DNA of 64,000 nucleotides from contig OY759599.1 in assembly GCA_963662465.1 (NCBI GenBank), forward strand, positions 1,536,001 through 1,600,000, in the 5' to 3' direction. The notes beneath the pieces were generated by a model. The model saw only the letters and a list, made by a program, of their open reading frames with translations, made no database searches and was not told the DNA's origin. The number at the start of each line of letters is the position of its first letter. The first letter of the stretch is position 1. The translations under genes were made by a program, and so were the position numbers. The stretch is from Desulfatiglandales bacterium. Lineage in GTDB: Bacteria > Desulfobacterota > DSM-4660 > Desulfatiglandales > Desulfatiglandaceae. Below, piece by piece: positions 42,480-52,839 of the stretch.

Positions 42480-43432
42480 ACACGGAATATGTTTGACATA
42501 TTCTTGGTGTGAGACTTAGGGTTCAACTTTTCAGATGGAATTTTGGGTATATTTGATGTCCTGTGGATGGAACATCTGTCTTTCCATTATGGAAGTGAAT
42601 GAAAATAGATCAGATAAGGGGATATTTGGTGAAATACTTAATATACCTATTCGGTGCGCTGGTTTTAGTTCTGCTTACGCCCACAGTAAACGTGGAAAAG
42701 TTACACTATGAAAAGTGGTATCAAGTTACGCCCAGAGCAAACGGAAAAAAGTTGCACTATGAAAAATGGTATCAGGAGAGATGGTGTAAGGCGAATGGTG
42801 GGTAGATGGAAGTGGTATTTCCGGACAAAACCCGATGTGATTGTTTGACGAACACTCACGCCATTGAATTTGATTTTCAGACCATTCCGGATCGTTTTAA
42901 GTACAGATCCTAAGACATGTTTTTGGTACACTTCGTTCAGGTATTCTCGGCATACTGATTTTCGAATTTGACCTTCAGGCCAAGCCCTCCCCACCAGGTA
43001 ACCCTGTTGAGCCCACGTTCAGAACGACTCTGCAGAAGACGACCAATCGCGGACTGGAGTTCTCCCTCTCCCATGTCCAGATAGGTAAGTTCGAGATGGT
43101 CTCCACGTTGACGAATTTTACAGTTGTGCCTCCCAAATAGCAAGTATCGAAAGGTCGATAGTGTTCTCTTGTATCCTGCTGAATCTCTGACAAACTTTTC
43201 ATCCAGGGACTGGAGGAAGTTCTCGTAGGCTAGCCTGGCAATCTGTACGCAGTAGAAGTTGGTCTCTATCTTCTCTGGATCTTTACCCAGGATGTGATCT
43301 ATGAAGTAGCTGTGGATCAAATCCTTTAGCCCGTTTTCGATGGGCCAGCGTAGCCTGTATCTCTCCAAGACTTCTCGATTCGAGAGATCTTGAAAAGTCG
43401 TTCCGAAACAACGCACATCACCTGTCTTCTTG

Positions 43433-45230
43433 CAGCAATTCCCGGTCAAGAATTTACTCACAGAGTTTGAAAAACATATTTCAAAAACAAACCCTGAGAT
43501 CAGATCCTTTTCAGAAAAATTGTATTAAATCCACTATTACCTCCCTCGATTTCTTGCAGGTTGAGCTTCTTTGACAAGAGTAAGAGCATAAAAGCACGAG
43601 TTAGGGCAGAGATATCCATTTCCGGAATCTCCAGTTTTTTATTAATGAGAGCATTTTTGTATGCGAACTTGGGCATGACAAATTTAACCACTGTTATATA
43701 GAATAACTGGCGCTTGAAACTTTACGCCATAATAGAGGGCTTCATAGAGCATCCTCATCGATTTGAATTCAAAATCTCTAAACAAAGCTCTCATCCGTTC
43801 CCACAATTCCCTTTTTGAGCCGAGTTTATGCCATGCGGCTATAAATAGAGGGCAACAAAGCTGTTGAGTTTGATCCACCAAGAATGCCAGCATCATGAGC
43901 ATCGCAAAAACAACACTCAGATTCTTCTTGCCGAGCCCGTAGTTGTGTTCAAAATGATATCCTTGGTTCTTAAGAGTATTGAAGGTTTCATTTTCGATCT
44001 TCCATCTCGCACGGCCGCCTCGCATTAGCTGGTATGCATTGTCCTTTCCTATTAAAAAATCTGTCACCCAACTAAAATGTTTTGTTTTTTTCGGTGTAAT
44101 TTCCCAATATTCCAGAAAGTTAACCAGCATATTCTTGTTAGAGGCATTGAGAGGTACCTGGTTAATAAATCGGAAACGATGTATTTTTTCCGGATCCTCT
44201 TTATCGACCAATTCGAATTCAGTGACGTCACCATTTATCCGCGCTTGTTCGACGTGATTAAACAAGAAATGGTGATCTCCTTTTTTAACTCCCAGAATAT
44301 AATGAAAATTTTGCTTTTGTATTTCTTCAATGTGGGGTGCATTCGAACTTAACGCGTCCTCTGTTATAATGATAGGCAGATGGGGATGCTCCTCTTTTAG
44401 CTTTTGCAAGAAACGTTTCGCGGCATTACGCTCACAGTCGTTCTTGCTTTGGCCATCCTGCTTGACTATGAATTCCGGAGCAAGCGGAATGACCTCTTTG
44501 AAATCCGGATGGACAATTGCTGCCCCCAACATCTGCTGATAATAGGTTTTTTCGCCGGTTTTTTTCGATACTTTTACCAAACAACTATCAGAGGAAAGTT
44601 TCTTCGATGAGAAGAAACCCGTTCCATCCAAAGATAGAAGATAACAACCTTCGAAAAATACCATACGTTCAAGCACCTTTCCCCTTTGCAGTTCCCAGAA
44701 GATATTCCTATACGGTTTCCGAAGTTCTTCTGCGAGCACTTCATCAAGAATGGTGCGCATCGTACTGTCACATGGGATCTTTCCAATATGGTATATGTTC
44801 CCAAGATTACTATCGGTTTTTCTTCTTTCATCAAAGGCAAGCAACGATGGCTCCTTGAGCGAAAACATTGCAAACCCGGACATCAAGGCATCCGCAATAG
44901 TAATATCGGGATCCTCACGGCAGTCAGAGACTTCAGAAAAATCTTTATGCAGACGCTTGAAAATTGCATCTGCATTAAGATGCTTGCGAACTCCAATCTT
45001 GCCTCTCTCTTTTCTTCCTTTTTGGCTTCTGATTCCCATAGGCAGTAATCATCGGCCAAGTTGATCTGAAAGTCCAGCTTTTTCTGAGAATTGCCAAAAA
45101 AATTCCTGTTTTATTTTAAAAATTGGAGAAAAAAGCCTTTTCAGGCTATTCATTCAACGTAAAGCTTTACGAAAAGGAAATGCCAAAAGGTACTGTCCTA
45201 GCGCCTTTAGAATCTAAGCGGGAATTGCTG
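43433..45230 (-). mobile_element. ISNCY-like insertion sequence (1798 bp)
   Basis: 12-bp IR CAGCAATTCCCG; 9-bp TSD GTCTTCTTG (43424-43432 / 45231-45239). Confidence 0.92.
43684..45039 (-). CDS. DDE transposase (ISNCY-like), apparently intact
   Basis: 451 aa; LSLDGTG, TEDALS, GRARWKIENETFNTLKNQGY. Confidence 0.92.
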   Translation of the reverse strand: MGIRSQKGRKERGKIGVRKHLNADAIFKRLHKDFSEVSDCREDPDITIADALMSGFAMFSLKEPSLLAFDERRKTDSNLGNIYHIGKIPCDSTMRTILDEVLAEELRKPYRNIFWELQRGKVLERMVFFEGCYLLSLDGTGFFSSKKLSSDSCLVKVSKKTGEKTYYQQMLGAAIVHPDFKEVIPLAPEFIVKQDGQSKNDCERNAAKRFLQKLKEEHPHLPIIITEDALSSNAPHIEEIQKQNFHYILGVKKGDHHFLFNHVEQARINGDVTEFELVDKEDPEKIHRFRFINQVPLNASNKNMLVNFLEYWEITPKKTKHFSWVTDFLIGKDNAYQLMRGGRARWKIENETFNTLKNQGYHFEHNYGLGKKNLSVVFAMLMMLAFLVDQTQQLCCPLFIAAWHKLGSKRELWERMRALFRDFEFKSMRMLYEALYYGVKFQAPVILYNSG

Positions 45231-45697
45231 GTCTTCTTGTTCCTTTTGACAACCAAGTGGAGTACCTTGGCGAGATTGTTCAGATCAAACCGTTTTCCCG
45301 CGATCTCGTATTCCTTACCGAAGGCTTCCCATTGGGCTTCGGAAACCACTTCACGCATCATCTGATCAACTCGCTTGTTTCGCTTCATGCACATGATCAC
45401 ATCAACTTGGGAGAACTCATCGACGACAAAGTAGTCGATTACCGGAAAGCTTGTGTATTCACTGTCCATGTATATCTCACGAATCGCATCGCGCCCCAGG
45501 ATCGGATAAAGGTTCTTTTCGCAGAACTCGCGGACAATCCTTGTTGCTCTGCTCGAACCATTGCAGAATGCTATGTTGATCAGAACGTCCGTGTCGAGGT
45601 CCCAGATAACGTGGGGCCGAAAGCCGGGGCAAATATCGCCGGCGGAGTTGGGTCCTTTGCCAATTTCCTCTGCGTCGGGTTGGTTGCCGTAGAACTC

Positions 45698-45809
45698 TTT
45701 GAAGTGGAAATCCTGTGCGATCCTCTCTCCCCGAATCAAACCCAGGTCCCGCGCCCTGGCGGCCACGTCATTTCGAAGATCCTGGAGGTGTTCGAACTTC
45801 ATATCAACA
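45698..45809. repeat. 112-bp direct repeat flanking the IS66 element, left copy (right copy 53294-53405)
   Basis: TTTGAAGTGGAAATCC...CTTCATATCAACA abuts both IS66 IRs; encodes VDMKFEHLQ...QDFHFK twice. Confidence 0.93.
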
Positions 45810-46306
45810 GTGTCCTTTCTGCAAGCCTGCATAGGGCAAATTTTTTCATTTTTTTTTGGGTGGCCGGAAGACGCTAGGTGGCGAGCTCCGTTATCCGGCG
45901 TCTTCTGTCGATCTGATTATCTGTGAGTTACTAAGACTGGGAATTTAGATTTTGCCTGTAATTCCAGGGAAGCCAGTTTTCGGGGTTTACCTTTACCAGC
46001 TCGGGATTTTTGTGAATGGTCAGGAGATATTCGTACGGATTTTCTCCGTTCATGGCACAGGTCTGAATAAGGCTCATAAAGATGTCTCCAATGAGGGCGC
46101 CATGCTCTGTTTTGTAAAACAGGGAGTTTTTTCTGTGAAGAATGGCCTTTTTCAAAGCCCTTTCGCAGATGTAATGCCGACTCCCGGATTATGCCGCATT
46201 ACAAGAATTTTGTGGGATTATTCGTGCCTTGAAGTAGTTGCTGACGCGGCATAATTTTTGTGGGATCTTCGGTTTGGCAATCCCGCCAAACGAAAGGAGA
46301 GACCAC

Positions 46307-47551
46307 ATGAAAACATTCAGTAATTTCGTATCGAAAAACAACCCGCATTCGAACCTATGTCAAACCCATGTCAACTCCTTCCTATCACACCTTCGCACTC
46401 TGGGGTATGCAGAACGGACGCTACGGAAAAAGCGTCCAGTTGCTGCCTCTTTTGCCCGATGGACAGTGGGGAAGCGGCTTACTGTAAACGATCTAAACGA
46501 ATCCCATCTGACCGAATTCGTGGAGCGTTTGCACAAAAGGCAAAAAGCCCGGATAAAATTCGAAATGGCTGCCCTGCGGCTTTTTCTCAGCTATCTGCGC
46601 CAAGAAGGTGTGGTTCCAAATCCTCCAATACTTGATGCTTCACCCGTGGATGATTTTAAGCGGACCTACATAGAATACCTGCGAAAGGAGCGAGGACTCG
46701 CCGAAAACTCAATTCTTGTTTATTCGCCTTTCATCAGTGATTTTCTCAATGATCGGTTAGCCCAAACCGGTTGCATCTCTTTCCATGCATTGGATGCCCT
46801 GACAATCCAAAATTTCCTCCTCGATCGCATTCAAAACCGGTCGAGAGAATACTCGAGGCTTCTGGCCGCCGCCCTCCGATCATTCTTGCGGTTTCTTTAC
46901 CTTCGCAAAGAAATAACAATTGATTTTTCCCTATCGATTCCCAGAGTCCGTAAATGGCATCAGTCCGAGGTAATTGGCTTTCTAACCCCCGACCAGGTAG
47001 AAAGGATCCTTTCGTCAACCGATCTGTCGACGCCACGTGGAAGACGCGATTATGCCATTTTGCTTCTTCTTGCACGACTCGGTCTGCGTGCGGGAGAGAT
47101 AATCACGATAGAACTCGGTGACATCCTCTGGCGGATCGGGGAGATCGTTATTCGCGGCAAGGGCCAAGTACAGGACCGACTACCATTGGTCTCAGATGTC
47201 GGAGATGCTTTAGCGGTTTATCTACGTCAAGACAGAGGAGATAGCGTATCGCGACGGGTTTTTCTGCGAATGATTGCTCCACGCGTTGGCTTGGCCGGCC
47301 CAGGGGCGATTGGCCATATTGTACGCCTTGCATTTGCCCGAGCCGGCATATGTGCTCCGAGCCGTGGCGCAGCCCATCTCTTCCGCCACGGTCTGGCCAC
47401 CAGAATGATCCGCCAGGGTGCCTCCATCGCTGAGATCTCTGAGGTTCTCCGTCATCAATCCCAGAGTTCCACAGCCATTTACGCGAAGGTCGATTTCGAG
47501 ACACTCCGTGAGATTGCTCCGCCTTGGCCGGGTCAAGGAGGTGTGCGATGA
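46307..47551 (+). CDS. RIT tyrosine recombinase A
   Basis: RDYAILLLLARLGLRAGE, RGKG, HLFRH, LRH, TAIY; RBS AAGGAG. Confidence 0.93.
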   Translation: MKTFSNFVSKNNPHSNLCQTHVNSFLSHLRTLGYAERTLRKKRPVAASFARWTVGKRLTVNDLNESHLTEFVERLHKRQKARIKFEMAALRLFLSYLRQEGVVPNPPILDASPVDDFKRTYIEYLRKERGLAENSILVYSPFISDFLNDRLAQTGCISFHALDALTIQNFLLDRIQNRSREYSRLLAAALRSFLRFLYLRKEITIDFSLSIPRVRKWHQSEVIGFLTPDQVERILSSTDLSTPRGRRDYAILLLLARLGLRAGEIITIELGDILWRIGEIVIRGKGQVQDRLPLVSDVGDALAVYLRQDRGDSVSRRVFLRMIAPRVGLAGPGAIGHIVRLAFARAGICAPSRGAAHLFRHGLATRMIRQGASIAEISEVLRHQSQSSTAIYAKVDFETLREIAPPWPGQGGVR

Positions 47552-48489
47552 CTGCAATCCGTGACGCACTTGCACGGTATTTAACAGTCCGCCGTGCCCT
47601 CGGTACTCGTCTACAAGAGCCAGCCACGACACTTGGCTATTTTGTAGATTTCCTTGACCTTCAGGGAGCAAAATTCATCACCACTGATCTCGCCCTTCGT
47701 TGGGCGTGCCAGCCAAAGCATGTGCAAAGAGCGACATGGGCACGCCGGCTTACTATGGTCAGGCAGTTTGGTGCTTGGCTGAGTGCATTCGACCCGCGAA
47801 CGGAAGTACCGCCAAAACGGCTCCTCAATGCCCGTCATCGGCGCAGTAAGCCCTACATCTATACCGAACAGGAAATAGAACATCTCATGATCGAGGCCGC
47901 TTTGCTCCCGTCACCGATGGGATTGCGCGCATTAACCTATGTGACGCTCATAGGTCTTCTTGCCGTTACGGGTATTCGGCCAGGTGAAGTGGTAGCTTTG
48001 AATCTGTCTGATGTGGATCTAAAGAACGGTATTCTTGTAATTCGGCAGACGAAATTTGGAAAGTCCCGTTTTGTTCCGATTGACGATTCGACATGTTCCG
48101 CCCTTTTGGATTATGCAAATCGACGCAATAACTTTTACACACGTTTTCAGACCAACAGTTTTTTTGTCTCCGAACGAGGCACAAGACTAAGTCTTGGATC
48201 CGCCCGACGTACATTCGCCAAAGTATCATGTGCTGTCGGTCTTCGAACTGCAAAAGATGGCTGCCGAATCGGTCGCGGACCAAGGCTTCAGGATTTTAGG
48301 CATACGTTTGCAACAAGAAGAATTATCAAATGGTATCAGGCCGGATTGGACGTGAACAGAGAGTTGCCAAAGCTCACTTCCTATCTCGGCCACTCAAACG
48401 TCAGTCATACTTATTGGTATATTGAGGCGGTCCCGGAGCTCCTCCAGCTCGCTTCCGAGCACATGGGCCGGCAAGGAGGTGCACAATGA
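47548..48489 (+). CDS. RIT tyrosine recombinase B
   Basis: TGIRPGE, TKFGKSR, QDFRHTFA, YLGH, TYWY; 4-nt overlap with A. Confidence 0.93.
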   Translation: MTAIRDALARYLTVRRALGTRLQEPATTLGYFVDFLDLQGAKFITTDLALRWACQPKHVQRATWARRLTMVRQFGAWLSAFDPRTEVPPKRLLNARHRRSKPYIYTEQEIEHLMIEAALLPSPMGLRALTYVTLIGLLAVTGIRPGEVVALNLSDVDLKNGILVIRQTKFGKSRFVPIDDSTCSALLDYANRRNNFYTRFQTNSFFVSERGTRLSLGSARRTFAKVSCAVGLRTAKDGCRIGRGPRLQDFRHTFATRRIIKWYQAGLDVNRELPKLTSYLGHSNVSHTYWYIEAVPELLQLASEHMGRQGGAQ

Positions 48490-49481
48490 AAGCCTCCAGC
48501 TTTTCATCACTTCTCCAGCGTTTCTTTACGGACAGATTGCTCGCACAGCTTGGCGCCAGTCCGCACACTGTTGCCGCATACCGGGATACCTTCCGTCTGT
48601 TGCTTCGCTTCGCCGCGAAACACTTCGGGCGTTCGCCTTCTGAACTGCGCATAGAAGAGCTCGATGTTTCTTTCCTGTGCAAGTTTATTCAACACCTTGA
48701 ACTTGATCGCTGTAATTGCATCCGGACACGGAATAACCGCCTTTCCGCCCTGCAAGGTTTCTTTCGGTATGTGTCCTTCAGTGAACCCGCACTGTCATTG
48801 CACTGTCAGAGGGTTCTGGCGATCCCTGCCAAACGGTACGAGCGCCGTCCGGTTGAGTTCCTGTCGGATGAAGAAACTGCCGCTCTTGTTGCAGTTCCCG
48901 ATTCAAAAAAATGGATCGGCAGGCGTGACCGAGCGCTCCTGTTGCTCGCCTTACAGACAGGATTGCGAAATAGCGAAATCACATCGCTTCAGTGCAAGGA
49001 TGTGGAACTCGGCACCGGTGCTCACGTCCGTTGCCTCGGAAAGGGTCGAAAGATGCGATGTACCCCTTTGCGCCCTGATGTCGTCGCAGTGCTGAAGAAA
49101 TGGTTAAAGGAGCAAGATGGCCATCCACAAGATCCTCTCTTCCCAAGCTCACGCGGTTTACGTCTCAGTGCAGATGCTCTCCAGCGACTCGTTGCCAAAC
49201 ATGCAGCCATGGCGAGTCATACATGTCCATCCCTAAAAGGGAAAACAGTTACACCCCACACCTTGCGGCATTCGGCGGCCATGAGCCTGCTCCGACGTGG
49301 TGTTGATCTGACCGTGATTGCTCTCTGGCTCGGGCACGAATCAAATGAGACAACACAAATCTACTTGCATGCTGATATGGGAATTAAGGAGCAAGCCCTT
49401 GCCCATACCACTGCAAGTGGTTCCATACCTGATCGGTATCTTCCTGAAGACCCTTTGCTAACATTCCTTGAGAGCCTTTGA
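48486..49481 (+). CDS. RIT tyrosine recombinase C
   Basis: TGLRNSE, GKGRK, TPHTLRHS, WLGHE, TQIY; 4-nt overlap with B. Confidence 0.93.
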   Translation: MKASSFSSLLQRFFTDRLLAQLGASPHTVAAYRDTFRLLLRFAAKHFGRSPSELRIEELDVSFLCKFIQHLELDRCNCIRTRNNRLSALQGFFRYVSFSEPALSLHCQRVLAIPAKRYERRPVEFLSDEETAALVAVPDSKKWIGRRDRALLLLALQTGLRNSEITSLQCKDVELGTGAHVRCLGKGRKMRCTPLRPDVVAVLKKWLKEQDGHPQDPLFPSSRGLRLSADALQRLVAKHAAMASHTCPSLKGKTVTPHTLRHSAAMSLLRRGVDLTVIALWLGHESNETTQIYLHADMGIKEQALAHTTASGSIPDRYLPEDPLLTFLESL

Positions 49482-50080
49482 TTATGCCGATTGAAAGAGC
49501 CATGAGAATAAGGGGTCCAACGCAGTTTCGACCAGTTAAAACGGATAAAATTGGCAATACGGCATAATCCGGGAGTCGGCATTATATCTGTTATGCCGCT
49601 CGCGGCATAACAGATATTGTTGTCAAGGGGCGCTCCAGGAACTTCCAGGAACCGGGTTAACGCCTTCCAGTGATTCAGCATATACTGAATTGCCTTTCCC
49701 AAACCGGAATTCGGTTCCACGAGTTTTTCGTCCAATTGCTTGTTGAGCCAGCAATACAATTTATCCATCAAGGGTTTGCTTTCAGCCTGATGGAAGGCCA
49801 GACGCTCTTCGGGTGACATGTTTTCGTCCCTGGCAATCTGATCATTGTGATACACTTTGGCAAGGGTATCGATCACAAACCGGCACTCTTCTGGAAAGCT
49901 CGGGGCGACATCCACGAAGTATCGGCGGGCATGGGTCAGGCAGTTTGCCATAATGACATCCAGGTCCTCCGATGAATTTCGAGACAAGGCATCGCACATA
50001 AGCTGAGGTGGACTGAGACCGGTCAGGCGATTTTCAAGAAGCGCCTTCAGATTTTCACCCGCGTGATTTCTGCCGGTAAA

Positions 50081-50661
50081 CTAAACAACCACCGTCTTGA
50101 AGACGGTGGGTTTAAAAGCGCGGACTGAAAGTCCAGCAAGACCGGCTTTAGCCGGTAAATTATTCGATATCGAAACGATCGTTTGGGTCTTTTTCAAAAT
50201 GGTGCTCAAGATACTCTTGAATCATGTCCTTGGTAAGCTCGCCAGATGTGACACAGAAATACCCCCGCGCCCAGAAATGCTTACCCCAGTATCGTTTCTT
50301 CAGGTGTGGGAATTCCTCAAAGATCTTTCGCGACGCCCTTCCCTTCACCCTTCGCATTATGTCCGAAGGGGAAATATTTGGTGGCGCCGAAACGAGAATA
50401 TGCACGTGATCCTTGCTGACCACACCACGCACTATCTGGATTTCGAAACGTTCGCAGGTCTGTCGCACGAGTTCCCGAACTCTAAGGGCAACATCACCCT
50501 GCAAAACGTGATAGCGGTATTTGGTTACCCAAACAAAATGATATTCAATCTTGTAGCGAGTGTGGCTTCCTTGACGGTATTCCATGCCAAGTATTATAAG
50601 CCAACCGCTAGCAAAATGCTACCCGCCTGAAAGGCGGGGGTTTTAACCTTTTCCAGAAACA
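50081..50661 (-). mobile_element. IS200/IS605-family element, tnpA-only (581 bp)
   Basis: Subterminal hairpins CCACCGTCT-TGA-AGACGGTGG (~50089) and CCCGCCT-GAA-AGGCGGG (~50622); no TSD; inserted 3' of TTTAT on the minus strand (boundary +/-1 nt). Confidence 0.92.
50160..50585 (-). CDS. tnpA: IS200-type Y1 HUH transposase
   Basis: YHFVWVTKYR, DHVHIL, KGRASR, FWARGYF, IQEYLEHH. Confidence 0.96.
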   Translation of the reverse strand: MEYRQGSHTRYKIEYHFVWVTKYRYHVLQGDVALRVRELVRQTCERFEIQIVRGVVSKDHVHILVSAPPNISPSDIMRRVKGRASRKIFEEFPHLKKRYWGKHFWARGYFCVTSGELTKDMIQEYLEHHFEKDPNDRFDIE

Positions 50662-51544
50662 ATAAAGAACCGCCTGGCGGTCATCCATTTTGGATATAAC
50701 ACCGGTGGTAAAAATCTCTTTTCGACCGTTTTTGGTTTCACCTTCCTTCATGAGGCTCAGAACTTTTCCCGTCGTATCGTCAATGTGGAACAACTCCCCC
50801 TGTGCGGATTGTTTCAGTAGTTCGATATACGGCCCTTTGGCCTCCAAACCCAATGGCTCAACGATACCCCACTGGGTTGATGCGGGAACCGGAACACCCA
50901 TCATGGCTTGAAACTGCTGCAACCGATAGAAAGGAACGCCGTTGGCGTATTTTAGAAGGGCAATGGAAACCGCAACCGTTTCATCATGTTTCTGAGTTCC
51001 CATATCTTCAGGAGGCGTTGCGGTAAAAATTTGGCCGCACAGGTTGCAGCGAAGCTTTTCCAGTTCATAAATCGTTCCCGTTAAAGGCGGCGAACCCTTA
51101 ATCCGGATTAACTTTTCGGGAACTTTTAACCGATACACTTTTCCCCTGGGACATTCCGGACAGGGGTCACCATGTTTGAGACTCTCGTGGCTTATGAACT
51201 TTCTTTCGGCGCCGGTAAAAGCCGAAGCACCGTTTCGACCATGGCCTTTCGGTGGGGGGTTGCCGCCTTTTGGACCGGGATCATCTTCCGGATTATCGCC
51301 GTCTTCGGAATCGGCGTCATCTTCCGGATCATTAAACACTTTATCTTTCTTTTCGGATTTTTGCCCGAACAAGAGGTTTAGCAGCCGCTTGATGGATGCG
51401 GCCTTCTGGTCCAGTACCTGACTCAGGGCTTCAATGGTATCCGCCATGACCTTGATAATCTCGTAGTCGGATTCGGAAACCGCCGGTTTTATCCTTTCAA
51501 GAAGGGACTTGACGTCTTCGGGGGTTAATTCGAGTTTTTGGGGT

Positions 51545-52423
51545 TTATCCGGCATGACATAAATACTCCCGAAAGTCTTTACCCATGGGATACCCCCAGA
51601 CGGCCTTTATGGAACGATTGGGTTTACCGGTTTGATCGTTTTTGCCTCTTCCGGTGGTATCTCCCAGATAGACCCAGTTGGCGGCTTTATAACAGGTGCC
51701 GGAAAACAAGGTTTTATCAACGAATGTCTCAAGATAACAAATAGGATGGCGGTATTGCTTTTGCCAATCCTTTGAAATACGCCGGGCCATTTGGCTCAAT
51801 ATATGAGACGCCAGATATTTGACCCGAATCCAGGGCAATATGAGAAGCCGGGTATTATAGGCCATCAGCGACAGGTTCTTCATGCGAACATCAGGAGACC
51901 ATCCGATAAACTGATCCCGGCTTTTGATATGGCGTGGCGGTGAACTCCAGGCCATGCATGCAATGGGATTTTCCCCTGCGAAAACAATGTATTTCAGATG
52001 TTCTCCGACAGGTCTGCAATAACCCAGGTAATGGTACTGGTCCACCAAGCTGTTGAACAGTTTCTCCAAAGGGGTGCGGCGTACCTGAATAAACCGCAGT
52101 GGGCGAATCGAAATCACCGATGTTGTCAGAGGCTTTTCGGGAACGGGGATCACTTCAGGTTTTTTCTGTTTTCCCGATGGATTGACCGGAGGCCGTTTCC
52201 TTTTGGGCAGCTGAATATGCCCCGACCGGTGAAGCTGCAACATCAACCCCCGGCATACCATATCCCTTGTAACACCATTGGGCTGCACCCAGTTCCATGC
52301 CTTACACAGTTTCACCGATAATGCATACCGGCTGTCTTGCGGGTTAGACGCGATCAACTCCTTTATAAAGGAGATGTCTTCTCGGTTGTAGTTCTTGCCT
52401 CTGTATTTGATGATCGTTTCCAT
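51545..52423 (-). CDS. DUF4338-family protein
   Basis: YHYLGY, GEHLKY, RDQFIGW, LILPW...LASHIL, LETFVD...GTCYKAANW...TTGRG. Confidence 0.85.
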   Translation of the reverse strand: METIIKYRGKNYNREDISFIKELIASNPQDSRYALSVKLCKAWNWVQPNGVTRDMVCRGLMLQLHRSGHIQLPKRKRPPVNPSGKQKKPEVIPVPEKPLTTSVISIRPLRFIQVRRTPLEKLFNSLVDQYHYLGYCRPVGEHLKYIVFAGENPIACMAWSSPPRHIKSRDQFIGWSPDVRMKNLSLMAYNTRLLILPWIRVKYLASHILSQMARRISKDWQKQYRHPICYLETFVDKTLFSGTCYKAANWVYLGDTTGRGKNDQTGKPNRSIKAVWGYPMGKDFREYLCHAG

Positions 52424-52476
52424 GGCAAAAACATAAGCATGTATGTTTTGAACGCAAGGGGGGGGACCTGGTTTTT

Positions 52477-52839
52477 TCAGGGTAAGCTAATTTTTTTCCA
52501 TAAAGGCGCGGCTCCTTTGGGGTTGGTGTTCCATAAAATCATCTGCAGTTCATGGGCGGCCAGCTGCTCCAAACGGCCATTTTCCGGCCACCAGTGAAAA
52601 CGACCACTCGACAGCCGTTTTTGGCAAAGCCAGAATCCCTGGCCATCATACCCGAGAATTTTGATGGTGGTCCCTCGTCTATTACGAAAAACAAAAATAT
52701 ACCCGGAGAAGGGATCTGATTTTAAAACACTGCGGCAAATGCCGGCCAGGCCATCAATGCCTTTTCGAAAATCCACCGGCTTCACCGCCACAAGTATCCG
52801 CATTTGGGGGCTGATCTGCATCATGACTGTTGCCTCCAA
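52477..52839 (-). CDS. tnpB: IS66 accessory protein TnpB (Orf2)
   Basis: PVDFRKGIDGL, FVFRNRR, KILGYDGQGFWLCQKRLSSGRF. Confidence 0.95.
   Translation of the reverse strand: MEATVMMQISPQMRILVAVKPVDFRKGIDGLAGICRSVLKSDPFSGYIFVFRNRRGTTIKILGYDGQGFWLCQKRLSSGRFHWWPENGRLEQLAAHELQMILWNTNPKGAAPLWKKISLP

Larger units (their letters stand above)
46171..49610 (+). mobile_element. RIT (recombinase-in-trio) element
   Basis: Three overlapping tyrosine recombinases; perfect 25-bp IR TAATGCCGACTCCCGGATTATGCCG (46172-46196 / 49560-49584); CAGAT repeated at 46166-46170 and 49611-49615. Confidence 0.93.
45931..51555 (-). pseudogene. tnpC: IS66 transposase TnpC (~532 aa) split into three pieces (51555-50662, 50080-49611, 46165-45931)
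   Basis: LFGQKSEK, CPEC/CNLC, HIDDT, MCDA, CLTHARRYF, LDNNIC|ERALK; junctions AVLY|FTGRNHAG and NIC|ERA rejoin in frame. Confidence 0.92.

Noticed and set aside
45865..45905. Terminator at the IS66 3' end (GAAGACGC...GCGTCTTC)
   Set aside because: The stem is real, but it is followed by an A-run rather than a U-run on the tnpC strand; function unsupported.
51545..52423. Druantia anti-phage system
   Set aside because: Only a lone DUF4338 gene inside IS66 IRs; no DruE helicase or other dru genes.
52477..52839. RNA-guided TnpB nuclease
   Set aside because: This is the unrelated 120-aa IS66 Orf2 'TnpB' with no RuvC motifs; the IS200 element here has no tnpB.
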